NCBI GenBank assembly: GCA_040223615.1
Contig: JAVKFY010000011.1
Span: 125,169-189,168, forward strand
Length of the DNA stretch: 64,000 bases
Origin: Alphaproteobacteria bacterium
GTDB taxonomy: Bacteria; Pseudomonadota; Alphaproteobacteria; GCA-2731375
Direction: 5' to 3'
Of this stretch, positions 50,780 to 59,812 are shown piece by piece; the stretch's first letter is position 1, and the number at the start of each line of letters is the position of its first letter. Position numbers and translations under genes: made by a program. A model generated the notes under the pieces. That model did no database searches. It had not been told where the DNA came from and saw only the letters and a list, made by a program, of their open reading frames with translations.

Positions 50780-50794
50780 CGCTGGTCTCCGTCC

Positions 50795-51283
50795 CTAGGC
50801 CGCGGATTCGGCCGGCCGCTTGCGCAACAGGTACTTCTGCTCGCCGTCCAGCACCAGCACGCCGTCCTGATTGTGCACCGTGGCGCGGACCACGACGACA
50901 CCGGTGGTGCGTTGCGGCGTCAGCTCGGTGATCTCCAGCATCGGATACAGCGTGTCGCCGGCGAAGACCGGCGCCAGAAAGCGCGACGACTGCTCGATGA
51001 AGCCAACCAGCGCGTCGCCAACCAGGGCCGGGAACTGGCCGGCGCCGGCCGCCGCCTGGATCAGCACCTGGTACCCGTGCGCCAGCATGTCGCGATAGCC
51101 GCGCGCCTGGCAGTAGGGCCGGTCGTAGTGGATCGGGTGGTTGTCGCCCGACGCGAGCTGGAACGCCGCGAACAGCGCGTCGGTCATGGTCCGCGACGGG
51201 ATCGGGAACTTCTGCCCGAGGCTCAGGTCCTCGAAGAAATGCGGTTCGGCGAGCTGGTGCTCGGCCGGGTTGAAATCGCTCAT
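50795..51283 (-). CDS. MaoC-like (R)-hydratase / dehydratase (hot-dog fold)
   Basis: 162 aa from MSDFNPAEHQLAEPHFFEDLSLGQKF; start overlaps CoA-transferase stop. Confidence 0.85.
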   Translation of the reverse strand: MSDFNPAEHQLAEPHFFEDLSLGQKFPIPSRTMTDALFAAFQLASGDNHPIHYDRPYCQARGYRDMLAHGYQVLIQAAAGAGQFPALVGDALVGFIEQSSRFLAPVFAGDTLYPMLEITELTPQRTTGVVVVRATVHNQDGVLVLDGEQKYLLRKRPAESAA

Positions 51284-52464
51284 GCCGTCCTCTCGTGCAG
51301 GATCTTGTCGTTGGCCAGTTGCGCGATCTCGGCCGCCGTGAAACCCCATTCGGCGAGCACGGCGCGGCCGTCCGCGCCGGTGTCCGGCACCTGCTGGCGC
51401 GGGTCGTCGGCGTCGACGGCGGGCGTGCCCGGCATCTGGATCGCACGCACCGCGCCGACGCCGGCCTGCTCGATTTCCGGCGCGGCGCGCACCGCGCGGA
51501 CGTGCGGGTCGGCCAGGTAGTCGGTATAGCTGGCGATGCGCTCGCACAGGATGTTCTCCGCCGCCAGGGCGGCCTGCCAGTCGGCGGTGTCGCGGGTCGC
51601 CATCGCGGCGGCGACCATCGGGATCAGCTCATCGGCGTGTCCGGCGCGCTTGCCGGTGGAATCGTAGGCCGGGTCGTCGGCCAGATCCGGTCGGCCGATC
51701 AGCCGGGCCAGCGCCTGCCACTGCGTTTCCTTGACCAGCGCCACGGTGATCCAGCCGTCGCGGGTGCGATAGCTGCCGGTCGGCACGTTCAGCGGTTCCG
51801 GCGTGCCGCCCTCCAACGCCGCCTCGACCAGCCTGATTGACTGGATCGCGGCCGCCGACTGCATCAAGGAGATGTCCAGGTGGCGGCCCCCTGCCCCGTC
51901 GCGGCGGCCGAAAAGCGCCGCCTGCACCGCCTGGAAGGCGTAGAGGCCGGTGACCTGATCGACGATCAGGAATGGCACGCGGTGCGGCTGACCGTCATTG
52001 CCGCGATTCACGTCGGCCAGCCCGGTGAAGCTTTGCGCCACGCCGTCGGTGCAGGGCCGCGCGGCATTCGGGCCGGTCTGGCCGAAACCGCTGACCGAGA
52101 CGTAGAGCAGGTCCGGGCTGGCGGTGCGCAATGCCGCGTAGCCCAGGCCCATCGCCTCGGTGATGCCGGGCCGGAAACTTTCCACGAAGATATCGGCCAC
52201 GCCCGCCAGCCGGCGCACCGTCGCCTGCCCGGCGGCGCTCTTCAGGTCCAGCGCCAGGCTACGCTTGCCGCGGTTGTTGGCCAGGCCGGCGGCGGAGTGG
52301 TCGCCGTAGCGTCGCCCGAGCTTGCGGATCCAGTCGCCATAGGGCGGCTCGACCTTGATCACGTCGGCGCCGTACTGCGCCAGCATCATCGCGCAGTACG
52401 GCCCGGCCACGCCCTGGCTCAGGTCGACCACCTTCAGGCCGGTATAGGGGAGTGTCTCGTTCAT
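51280..52464 (-). CDS. CoA-transferase family III (CaiB/BaiF) protein
   Basis: LKVVDLSQGVAGPYCAMMLAQYGADVIKVE N-terminus, catalytic Asp region. Confidence 0.88.
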   Translation of the reverse strand: MNETLPYTGLKVVDLSQGVAGPYCAMMLAQYGADVIKVEPPYGDWIRKLGRRYGDHSAAGLANNRGKRSLALDLKSAAGQATVRRLAGVADIFVESFRPGITEAMGLGYAALRTASPDLLYVSVSGFGQTGPNAARPCTDGVAQSFTGLADVNRGNDGQPHRVPFLIVDQVTGLYAFQAVQAALFGRRDGAGGRHLDISLMQSAAAIQSIRLVEAALEGGTPEPLNVPTGSYRTRDGWITVALVKETQWQALARLIGRPDLADDPAYDSTGKRAGHADELIPMVAAAMATRDTADWQAALAAENILCERIASYTDYLADPHVRAVRAAPEIEQAGVGAVRAIQMPGTPAVDADDPRQQVPDTGADGRAVLAEWGFTAAEIAQLANDKILHERTA

Positions 52465-52542
52465 GGCCGGGATCATAGCCCTACAGCGTCGTCCGTGCCA
52501 TTTGCCGCGGGCCTGGCAGGCGCGGTATATTCCACCCCGGCC

Positions 52543-52617
52543 GCGGGCGTAGTTCAGTGGTAGAACGTCAGCTTCCCAAGCTGAATGTCGTCGGTTCGAT
52601 CCCGATCGCCCGCTCCA
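52543..52617 (+). tRNA. tRNA-Gly (anticodon CCC)
   Basis: Cloverleaf folded by hand: acceptor GCGGGCG/CGCCCGC, anticodon loop TTCCCAA, T-arm GGTTCGATCC, CCA encoded. Confidence 0.85.
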
Positions 52618-52624
52618 ACCTTGC

Positions 52625-53911
52625 TCAGCCCAGCAACCTCGGCAGCCAGAGCGTCCAGCTCGGGAACACGATCAGGCAGGCGAGCAGCGCCAGCAACGCG
52701 CCCAGGAACGGGGTGAGTTCGCGCACCACGGCGACCGCACGCGCCTCGGCCTGCGCGGCGGTCAGGTAGATCAGGAAGCCGACCGGCGGGGTGATCAGGC
52801 CGATCAGGGTCGACAGCACCGCGACCACGCCGAGCTGTACCAGATCGACGCCGACGGATCGCGCGGTCGGCACCAGGATCGGCACCACCACGATCAGCAA
52901 GGTGACCGGCTCCAGCACCATGCCGAGCAGCAGCAGCAGCACCGCGATCGCCGCCAGGATGATGGTCGGATCGTCGGACAGGCCGGCGACGCCGGCGGCC
53001 AGGTGCCGCGCCAGGCCCATGTTGGCGACGATCCAGACGAAGGCACCGGCGATGGAGATCACGATCAGCACGGTCACGGCGGCCAGCGCCGCACGCTGCA
53101 ACGTCGCCCACAGGCCCTTCGGGTCGAGGTCGCGGTAGACCAGCAGGCTGATGGCGATGGCGTAGACCGCGGCGACGGCGCCGACCTCGGTGACCGTGGC
53201 GACGCCGCCGGCCAGCCCGACCACCACGATCACCGGCATCAGCAGCGCCAGGATGGCGTCACGGGCGGCGCGGCCGAGCTCGCCCATGCCCTGCCAATCG
53301 GTCGCCGGATAGTTGCGCCGCCAGCTCACCACGAACGACGCGGCGAGCAGGAACAGGCCCATCAGCACGCCGGGCACCACGCCGGCGAGGAACAGCTGGC
53401 CGATGGAGACGCCGGCGAACAGGCCGTAGACCACCAGCGGGATCGATGGCGGGATCACCGGCCCGATGGTGGCCGAGGCGGCGGTGACGGCGGCCGCGTA
53501 GCCCGGTGCGTAACCGGCGCGCTTCATCGCCGGCACCAGCACCGAGCCGATCGCCGAGGCGTCGGCCACGGCGGAGCCGCTGACCCCAGCGAAGACCATC
53601 GAGGCCAACACGTTGACGTGGCTGAGGCCGCCGCGGATGTGACCGACCAGGGCCGAGGCGAGGCGCAGCAGGCGGCGGCTGATGCCGCCGGCGTTCATCA
53701 CCTCGCCGGCCAGGAAGAAGAAGGCGATGGCGGCGTAGTTGTAGCTGTCGATGCCCTGCATGAAGGACTGGCCGACCACCATCGCCGGCAACTTGGGTTG
53801 GAACGCCAGGCCATAGGCGGCGACGGCGGCGGCCATGGCGAAGAAGATCGGCGCGCCCAGCACCATGCCGGCCAGCATGGTGCCGAACAGGACGGCGAGC
53901 TCAAGCAGCAT
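52625..53911 (-). CDS. dctM: TRAP transporter large permease
   Basis: Start at MLLELAVLFGTMLAG (Met39 of track ORF); 12-TM DctM family. Confidence 0.85.
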   Translation of the reverse strand: MLLELAVLFGTMLAGMVLGAPIFFAMAAAVAAYGLAFQPKLPAMVVGQSFMQGIDSYNYAAIAFFFLAGEVMNAGGISRRLLRLASALVGHIRGGLSHVNVLASMVFAGVSGSAVADASAIGSVLVPAMKRAGYAPGYAAAVTAASATIGPVIPPSIPLVVYGLFAGVSIGQLFLAGVVPGVLMGLFLLAASFVVSWRRNYPATDWQGMGELGRAARDAILALLMPVIVVVGLAGGVATVTEVGAVAAVYAIAISLLVYRDLDPKGLWATLQRAALAAVTVLIVISIAGAFVWIVANMGLARHLAAGVAGLSDDPTIILAAIAVLLLLLGMVLEPVTLLIVVVPILVPTARSVGVDLVQLGVVAVLSTLIGLITPPVGFLIYLTAAQAEARAVAVVRELTPFLGALLALLACLIVFPSWTLWLPRLLG

Positions 53912-54380
53912 CGGGATCGGCGGACAGCAGGCGCGCCAGTTCCAGCGCGGCGGCGATGGCCAGCCCGCAGGCGCCGGCCAGCACCGGGTAGTATTTGATC
54001 CGGGCGTCGATCTCCAGGGCGCCAAGCTCGATGCCGGCGAACGCGTTCAGCGTCTGCCAGGTCACCGCCACCAGCGCGACGGCGCCGGCGCACGCCAGCG
54101 CGTTGATGGCGACATCGAGGCGGCGGCGCCAGCGGCCCCAGGTGGCGAGCGGCACGATGTCAGCGGTCAGGTGCGCGCGATTGAGCCAGAGATGCACGGC
54201 GCCGAGCCAGGTCATCCAGGCCAGCGCCATCACCGACACCTCCTCGACCCACAGGATCGAAGCCGCGAACAGATAGCGCAGCACCACCTGGGAGAACGCC
54301 AAGGCCAGGATCAGCAACAGACAAAGCCCGACTGCCGGCGCCAGCAACCGGCTCAAGCCATGGCGCAGTCGGGCGACCAC
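53901..54380 (-). CDS. dctQ: TRAP transporter small permease
   Basis: 159 aa, 4 TM. Confidence 0.8.
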   Translation of the reverse strand: MVARLRHGLSRLLAPAVGLCLLLILALAFSQVVLRYLFAASILWVEEVSVMALAWMTWLGAVHLWLNRAHLTADIVPLATWGRWRRRLDVAINALACAGAVALVAVTWQTLNAFAGIELGALEIDARIKYYPVLAGACGLAIAAALELARLLSADPDAA

Positions 54381-54387
54381 CCGGGCG

Positions 54388-55389
54388 CTACTTCATCATG
54401 TTGATCTTGTCATACAGACCTTCCGGCCAGGCCTTGCCATCCAGGCCGTCGACCACCGGCCGCGAGGCGGCGCGGAAGGCCTCCCTGTCGGCCTCGACGA
54501 TCTCCACGCCCTTGGCCTTGGCGGCGGCGAAGGCGTCGGCCAGTTCCTGATCGTAGGCGGCCAGCGCCTCCGCGTCGGCGGCCTTGCCGGCGGCGGTCAC
54601 CCAGCCCTGCTGCTCCGCGGTCAGGCTGGCCCACTTGGCGCCGCTGATCCACAGGCCCATGCCGGAATGCAGGTAGTCGATGGTGGAGAAATAGTCCTGC
54701 ACCTCGGTGTAGCCGGCGGCGACGACGTCGATGATGCCGTTGTCCTGGCCGTCGACCAGGCCGGTCTGCAGCGCGGTGTAGAGCTCCGACGCCTTGATCG
54801 GGGTCGGGTTGGCGCCCCAAGCCTCGAAAGTCTTGGTGATCGCCGGCACCAGCGGGGTGCGGATCTTCATGCCCTTCAGGTCGGCCGGGGTGCGTACCGC
54901 CTTGCCCTTGGTGGAGAGCGCGCGCGGGCTGCGGTCGCCGACATAGCCGACGAACTTGAAGCCGATCTTCTCCTCGGCCTGGCCCATCATGCCGGCGAAG
55001 GTGTCGGAGTCGACGAAGGCGCGCCAATGCGCCTGATCGCGAAACAGGTACGGCGCGAAGATGATGAAGAAGTGCCGCGCCTCCTTGATCGCCAGCACCG
55101 CGCCGATATCGATCAGGTGCATGTCCAAGGTGCCGGCGCGGACCTGAGCCCACAGTTCCGGCAGGCTGCCGAGCGCGCCGCCGGGCACGATGTCGACCGC
55201 CATCTTGCCGCCGGACAGTTCGCCCAGGTGCTTGTTGAAGCGTTCCGCCGCGGTCTGGAACGAACTGGTCGGCGGCGCCACGTGGGCCAGCTTCAAGGTC
55301 ACGTCGGCGGCGCGGGCCGCCATCGTGGTCATCGCCATGGCCGCGCCGAAACACGCGACCTTGGCCAGCGTCAAACCGAATTTCCGCAC
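54388..55389 (-). CDS. dctP: TRAP transporter substrate-binding protein
   Basis: GTG start after GGAGGG RBS (MRKFGLTLAKVACFGAAMAMTTMAARA signal peptide), DctP family fold; upstream 278 aa of track ORF is artefact. Confidence 0.85.
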   Translation of the reverse strand: MRKFGLTLAKVACFGAAMAMTTMAARAADVTLKLAHVAPPTSSFQTAAERFNKHLGELSGGKMAVDIVPGGALGSLPELWAQVRAGTLDMHLIDIGAVLAIKEARHFFIIFAPYLFRDQAHWRAFVDSDTFAGMMGQAEEKIGFKFVGYVGDRSPRALSTKGKAVRTPADLKGMKIRTPLVPAITKTFEAWGANPTPIKASELYTALQTGLVDGQDNGIIDVVAAGYTEVQDYFSTIDYLHSGMGLWISGAKWASLTAEQQGWVTAAGKAADAEALAAYDQELADAFAAAKAKGVEIVEADREAFRAASRPVVDGLDGKAWPEGLYDKINMMK

Positions 55390-55491
55390 CAGTTGCCCTC
55401 CGAGCTTGACAGGATGTGCCTCCTGTTCGTAACGGACGTTACTAAGAAATACAAAACTGCGAAACCTAAAACCTGTCAACGGAGAACGCCG

Positions 55492-56292
55492 ATGCCGACC
55501 CCCGCCGCGAGACAGACCGCGCGACGCAACCGGCCGGCGTCGCCGCGCCTGTTCGATGCCATGGCGACGGACTGGCAGGACGCCGGACAGCCCGGATTCT
55601 ACCACAAGATGGTCTATGGCGACCGCGAGGCCGGACGGTTCCTGGGTCTGATCCGAATCGACCCGATGATGCGCTCGGGCCTGCACCAGCATCAGGGCGT
55701 GGCCACCAGCTATTTCCTGGCCGGGACGATCTCGGACTATGGCGGCACGGTCCAGCGCGGGCAGGCCGGCATCAATCTGGCCGGCGACACCCATGACGCG
55801 ACCACCTATGACGGCTGCACCCTGGCGGCGCGCCTGGAGGGGCCGGTGATCTACGTCGAGGCCGACCAGACGCATGAACTGCACCTGGGCGCAACGCAAG
55901 CCGCGCTGCCGGACCTGAATCCGGAACGGCGTCCGGACATCAACATCACGGTCGACGGACTTCCCGAAGTGCCGACCAGCCTGGCCGGGATCAGCCGCGC
56001 GACGATTTTCGACTATGCCGGCACGCCGGACGACCGGCGCTGGGTCTCTCTGCGGCTGCAGCCGGGCGCCAGCCTGCCGGCGCATGTCGCGAACGCGCCG
56101 CTGGACTGGTTCGTGGTCGCCGGCGACCTGAAGGTGAGCAAGGCTGGCATCGCGCGCGCCGGTAGTTTCGTGGTGGCGGATGCCGGCTGTACGCTGGCGG
56201 CGACCAGCCGCGGCGGTTGCCACCTGCTGGCCTGGTCGGAAGCTCCGGTGAGCTGGGCACGCGGCAATCGCCCGGACCCGTACGGATTCTGA
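55492..56292 (+). CDS. cupin-domain protein (ChrR-like)
   Basis: GGAGAA RBS; two cupin-like beta-barrel halves with His-rich motif (GLHQHQG). Confidence 0.65.
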   Translation: MPTPAARQTARRNRPASPRLFDAMATDWQDAGQPGFYHKMVYGDREAGRFLGLIRIDPMMRSGLHQHQGVATSYFLAGTISDYGGTVQRGQAGINLAGDTHDATTYDGCTLAARLEGPVIYVEADQTHELHLGATQAALPDLNPERRPDINITVDGLPEVPTSLAGISRATIFDYAGTPDDRRWVSLRLQPGASLPAHVANAPLDWFVVAGDLKVSKAGIARAGSFVVADAGCTLAATSRGGCHLLAWSEAPVSWARGNRPDPYGF

Positions 56293-56304
56293 GACTCAAA
56301 TGGG

Positions 56305-56805
56305 CTAGTTGCCGTCGTCGTCTTCGGTCTCCCAGCCACGCACGGTGTCTTCCAGTTTGCGTAGCAGACGGCGCAGTTGCCGCTCTTCGGTGTCCGACAG
56401 CGCCGAAAACAGTGTGCGCTCGCGCGTCTTGGCGGCCGGCGCAATGGCCAGAAAGACCTCGCGGCCATCCGGGGTCAGGCGCAACAGGGTCCGGCGGCGA
56501 TCGCCCGGATCGGGATCGCGGCTGATCCGGCCCATCGACGTCATCCGGCGCACGGCGCGGGAAATGCTCATCTTGTCGATGCCGATGAGCTGCGCCAGTT
56601 CGTGCGCTGCCAGGCCAGGGTAGCTCGCCAGCGCCATCATCACCCGCCACTCATTCAGTGTAAGTGAATATTGTTTTGAGAAACGCAGATTGAACGGCTT
56701 CGCGGTCAGGTTCACCAGGCGCATGAACTGGAAGAAGGGCGAATCGTCGATCGAAATCGGGTTGGTGACGTGTTTGTCGTCGGTCGAGTTCTGCTCGGCG
56801 TCCAT
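56305..56805 (-). CDS. MarR-family transcriptional regulator
   Basis: Winged-helix segment LTLNEWRVMMALASYPGLAAHELAQLIGIDKMSISRAVRRM; start at Met11 preceded by AAAGGAGG. Confidence 0.85.
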   Translation of the reverse strand: MDAEQNSTDDKHVTNPISIDDSPFFQFMRLVNLTAKPFNLRFSKQYSLTLNEWRVMMALASYPGLAAHELAQLIGIDKMSISRAVRRMTSMGRISRDPDPGDRRRTLLRLTPDGREVFLAIAPAAKTRERTLFSALSDTEERQLRRLLRKLEDTVRGWETEDDDGN

Positions 56806-57294
56806 GCCTTGGCAGCCTCCTTTATCGTTAAGCATTACTAATCTAAAACTCGCAATCCCGTCGCATTCTAGGGGGTCGGTACCATCTAAGATACCAGTGC
56901 CATTCGGCCTCCCCTTCGTAACGTCAACGGCCCTGGCGCCGGTTGGTTCATTCGGGCTACCCGAACGCCACCCAATTCATGACGAATCCACGCAAAATCA
57001 CCATGTTGTTAACCAATTAGAGACAATCGCAGAATAGTTTGAACCTGCATCCCCGTGCATTCCCCGAGTTGCCGCGTACTGGCCGCCCCCATCCGGGAGC
57101 GGCCAGATGGTGACTCCTGGATTCAAACATCAATATCATCAAATATAACTTCGTTAACCATTTCGTCACAACTACAACGTATAATTGATATTGCGTTGAG
57201 TACGAAGCTGACGCTGCGTTTCCGCGCCAGCCGACAAGAACAAGGTCGTCTCGTTGCGTTCGAGTACCCGAGTATAGAATGAAAGACTTCATAA

Positions 57295-57329
57295 GCGACC
57301 GTCGTAATCGGCGGTCGCTTAATTCTCTT
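57295..57329 (+). terminator. intrinsic terminator inside island (GCGACCG-N9-CGGTCGC then TTAATTCTCTTT)
   Basis: Seen in sequence, plus-strand orientation. Confidence 0.4.
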
Positions 57330-57557
57330 TAGAATTTCTTCATCAATAAAAAACGAATACCGCTGTCGCTACAGGCGACGTGACAATCGACACGGCAGCC
57401 CGGTGTGCCGTGGCGCGATACGGCGCGCAGGGCGAGGCAGCGGATTATCGCTAGCGCTTGAAAGCATACACAAAGGGCACGAATGGTCCCGTTGTTAACT
57501 ATTCATCAACGGGGCACTGGTACGGTTCTGCTTGCCACCCAAGCACACCACACGACT

Positions 57558-57587
57558 CAGGCCGCCTTTCCGGGCGGCCTCTTTCTT
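57558..57587 (+). terminator. intrinsic terminator inside island (AGGCCGCC-TTTCC-GGGCGGCCT then CTTTCTT)
   Basis: Seen in sequence, plus-strand orientation; may also act bidirectionally for trpE(G). Confidence 0.4.
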
Positions 57588-57652
57588 GCCTGCAGGTCCT
57601 GCCAAGCCCGCCGCGTGGCGGACTTAAGTAGCATTACCTAGCGAATCGCCGC

Positions 57653-59812
57653 CTATTCGGCGGCCCGCGCCGGCACTTCGATCAGTTCGCGAAGTGCGTT
57701 TTCGACCAGGCGATGACCGGCCCGCTGGTCCAGCGACAGTATCGACTCCGGGTGAAACTGCACCGCGGCCAGCGGCGCGGAGCGGTGTCGCACCGCCATA
57801 ACCAGCTGGCGCTCATTGCGTGCGGTGACATGTAGCTCCGCCGGCACCTTGGCCTCGACGGCGTAGAGTGAATGGTAGGCGCCGACCTGAGCCGGGTTCG
57901 GCAGTCCCTCGAACAGGCCGGAGCCGTCATGTGCCAGAGTCCAGCGCTTGCCGTGGCGCGGCTCCGGCAGGATGCCAAGCTCGCCGCCGAACGCCTCGAC
58001 CATCGCCTGCAGGCCGAGGCAGACGCCGAATTGCGGCACGCCACGGTCCGTCAGCGCGCGGATCAGCTCCGGCGCGCCGAAGTCTGACGGTCGGCCCGGC
58101 CCCGGCGAATGCACCACCAGCGCCGGCCGGTCGCGCAGCAGGCGGTCGACCGCGGTGCCGGCGCGGAAAGTGGTCACCTCGGCGCCGGTCTGGCGGAAAT
58201 AGTCGGCCAGCGTGTGAACGAAGCTGTCCTCGTTGTCGACCATCACCACGCGCACGCCGGCGAAAGGGCGCTCCGGTTCCGGCTCGGCGGCGCGGACGCT
58301 GCCACCCTCCATGGCGCGGAAGAACGACGTCGCCTTGGTACGGGTCTCCTGCTCCTCCTCCTCCGGCACCGAGTCGAAGACCAGCGTGGCGCCGGCGCGG
58401 TAGTGGGCGCGGCCGTCGCGCAGGTGCACGGTGCGGATGGTGATGCCGGTGTTCACGTTGCCGTTCAGCGACAGGACGCCGACAGCGCCGCCGTACCACT
58501 GCCTGGCGGTCGCCTCCATGTCCTCGATCAGGCGCACGGCCATGCGCTTGGGCGCGCCGGTGAGCGTCACCGCCCACATGTGGCTGAGAAAGGCATCGAT
58601 GCCGGTGAAGCCCTCGCGCAACCGGCCCTCGACATGATCAACGGTATGGATCAGGCCGGCGTAGCGCTCGATGTTGCGCCGGGCCAGCAACTTGACCGTA
58701 CCGGGCCGGCAGATGCGCGCCTTGTCGTTGCGGTCGACGTCGGTGCACATGGTGAGCTCGACCTCGTCCTTCTCGGAGTTGAACAGGGCCTTCAGACGGT
58801 CGGCATCCTCCATCGGGTTGGCGCCGCGACGCACGGTGCCGCAGATCGGCGCGGATTCGACCCGGTCGCCGTCGACGCGTACGAACATCTCCGGCGAGGC
58901 GCCGACAAGCTGTTCGTCGCCGAGCTGGAACAGGAATTCGTAAGGCGACGGGTTGATCCGCCGCATCGAGCGGAACAGTGCCGACGGGGCGCCGCGAAAC
59001 GGTGTCGAGAAGGTCCGGCTCAGCACCACCTCGAAGATGTCGCCGACGCGCATGTGTTCCTTCGCCTTGGCCACGTTGGCCTGGTATTCGGCGTCGGTGA
59101 GGTCGGAAACGATGCCGCCCTCCTCGACCGGCCGCTCCTGGCCGAAGGGCGCTTCCGGCCGGGTCGCCATCACCCCCTCGGTGGTGACGGTGCCGAGCTG
59201 GAAAGTGAAGTGGTGGCAGGTCGCGGTCTCCTTGTGCCGATCGACCACGTAGACCCGGTCGGGCAGGAACAACTTCAGGATCGGCCGCTCGGGCTCGCGC
59301 GCCTGGCTCAACCGCATCGGCTCGAAGGTGAAGATCAGGTCGTAGCCGAAGGTGCCGAACAGCCCCAGGAAGGGATCGGGGTAGCCTTCGAACTCGGCCA
59401 GCAGGCGGCGGATCGGGCTCAGCACGGAGGGCTGGCGGCTGCGGTCCTCTTCCGCGAACACCACCTCGGCGCGGGCGATGCGCAGCTTCAGGACGGTGTC
59501 GTCCTGGTGTTCCACGGTGGTCTCCGGCCCGGCGACCAGGATCGGCGTGAGCAGCTTCAGCAGCGGCCGGCCGACCTCGTTCAGCGCCGTCACGGTCAGG
59601 GTCTCGGCGGTGCCCTCGAAGCCGAGCGGCGGCGAGGCGAAGCCCATGTCGAAGCGCGAATACTTGTCCGGATCCTCCACGCCGGAGGACAGGTAGGCGC
59701 CGGGCTCGCGGTCGAGCCGGTCGATCAGGTTGTCGATACCCTGCTCATAGGGCAGGTCGATGATCTCGCGGCCGACGCGCAGGCCGCTGGGGGCAATGAA
59801 TGTCTCGGTCAT
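57653..59812 (-). CDS. trpE: anthranilate synthase, fused component I / glutamine amidotransferase, TrpE(G)
   Basis: 719 aa; chorismate-binding domain plus C-terminal class I GATase with catalytic Cys (GVCLG) and His (VQFHPES). Confidence 0.93.
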   Translation of the reverse strand: MTETFIAPSGLRVGREIIDLPYEQGIDNLIDRLDREPGAYLSSGVEDPDKYSRFDMGFASPPLGFEGTAETLTVTALNEVGRPLLKLLTPILVAGPETTVEHQDDTVLKLRIARAEVVFAEEDRSRQPSVLSPIRRLLAEFEGYPDPFLGLFGTFGYDLIFTFEPMRLSQAREPERPILKLFLPDRVYVVDRHKETATCHHFTFQLGTVTTEGVMATRPEAPFGQERPVEEGGIVSDLTDAEYQANVAKAKEHMRVGDIFEVVLSRTFSTPFRGAPSALFRSMRRINPSPYEFLFQLGDEQLVGASPEMFVRVDGDRVESAPICGTVRRGANPMEDADRLKALFNSEKDEVELTMCTDVDRNDKARICRPGTVKLLARRNIERYAGLIHTVDHVEGRLREGFTGIDAFLSHMWAVTLTGAPKRMAVRLIEDMEATARQWYGGAVGVLSLNGNVNTGITIRTVHLRDGRAHYRAGATLVFDSVPEEEEQETRTKATSFFRAMEGGSVRAAEPEPERPFAGVRVVMVDNEDSFVHTLADYFRQTGAEVTTFRAGTAVDRLLRDRPALVVHSPGPGRPSDFGAPELIRALTDRGVPQFGVCLGLQAMVEAFGGELGILPEPRHGKRWTLAHDGSGLFEGLPNPAQVGAYHSLYAVEAKVPAELHVTARNERQLVMAVRHRSAPLAAVQFHPESILSLDQRAGHRLVENALRELIEVPARAAE

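Larger units (their letters stand above)
56821..57652. other. 0.83-kb low-GC (about 45%, locally under 35%) non-coding island with internal repeats, hairpins and terminators
   Basis: Composition contrasts with the roughly 68% GC flanks; no ORF with coding character; details in findings. Confidence 0.7.

Noticed and set aside
52557-52769. 70-aa ORF MVERQLPKLNVVGSIPIARS...
   Set aside because: It is the translation of the tRNA-Gly gene and its flank, not a CDS.
57017-57292. 91-aa minus ORF and 75-aa plus ORF (57055..57282) inside the low-GC island
   Set aside because: No RBS, atypical composition, overlapping each other. Kept only as part of the island finding. A 13-codon ORF with a GGGAGCGG RBS at about 57105 and the palindromic divergent ATGs are noted but not called as genes.
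57505-57535. sigma-54-like TGGTAC-N5-TGCTTGC sequence in the island
   Set aside because: The spacing between the GG and GC elements is off by one relative to the -24/-12 consensus, and there is no nearby enhancer-binding protein gene.
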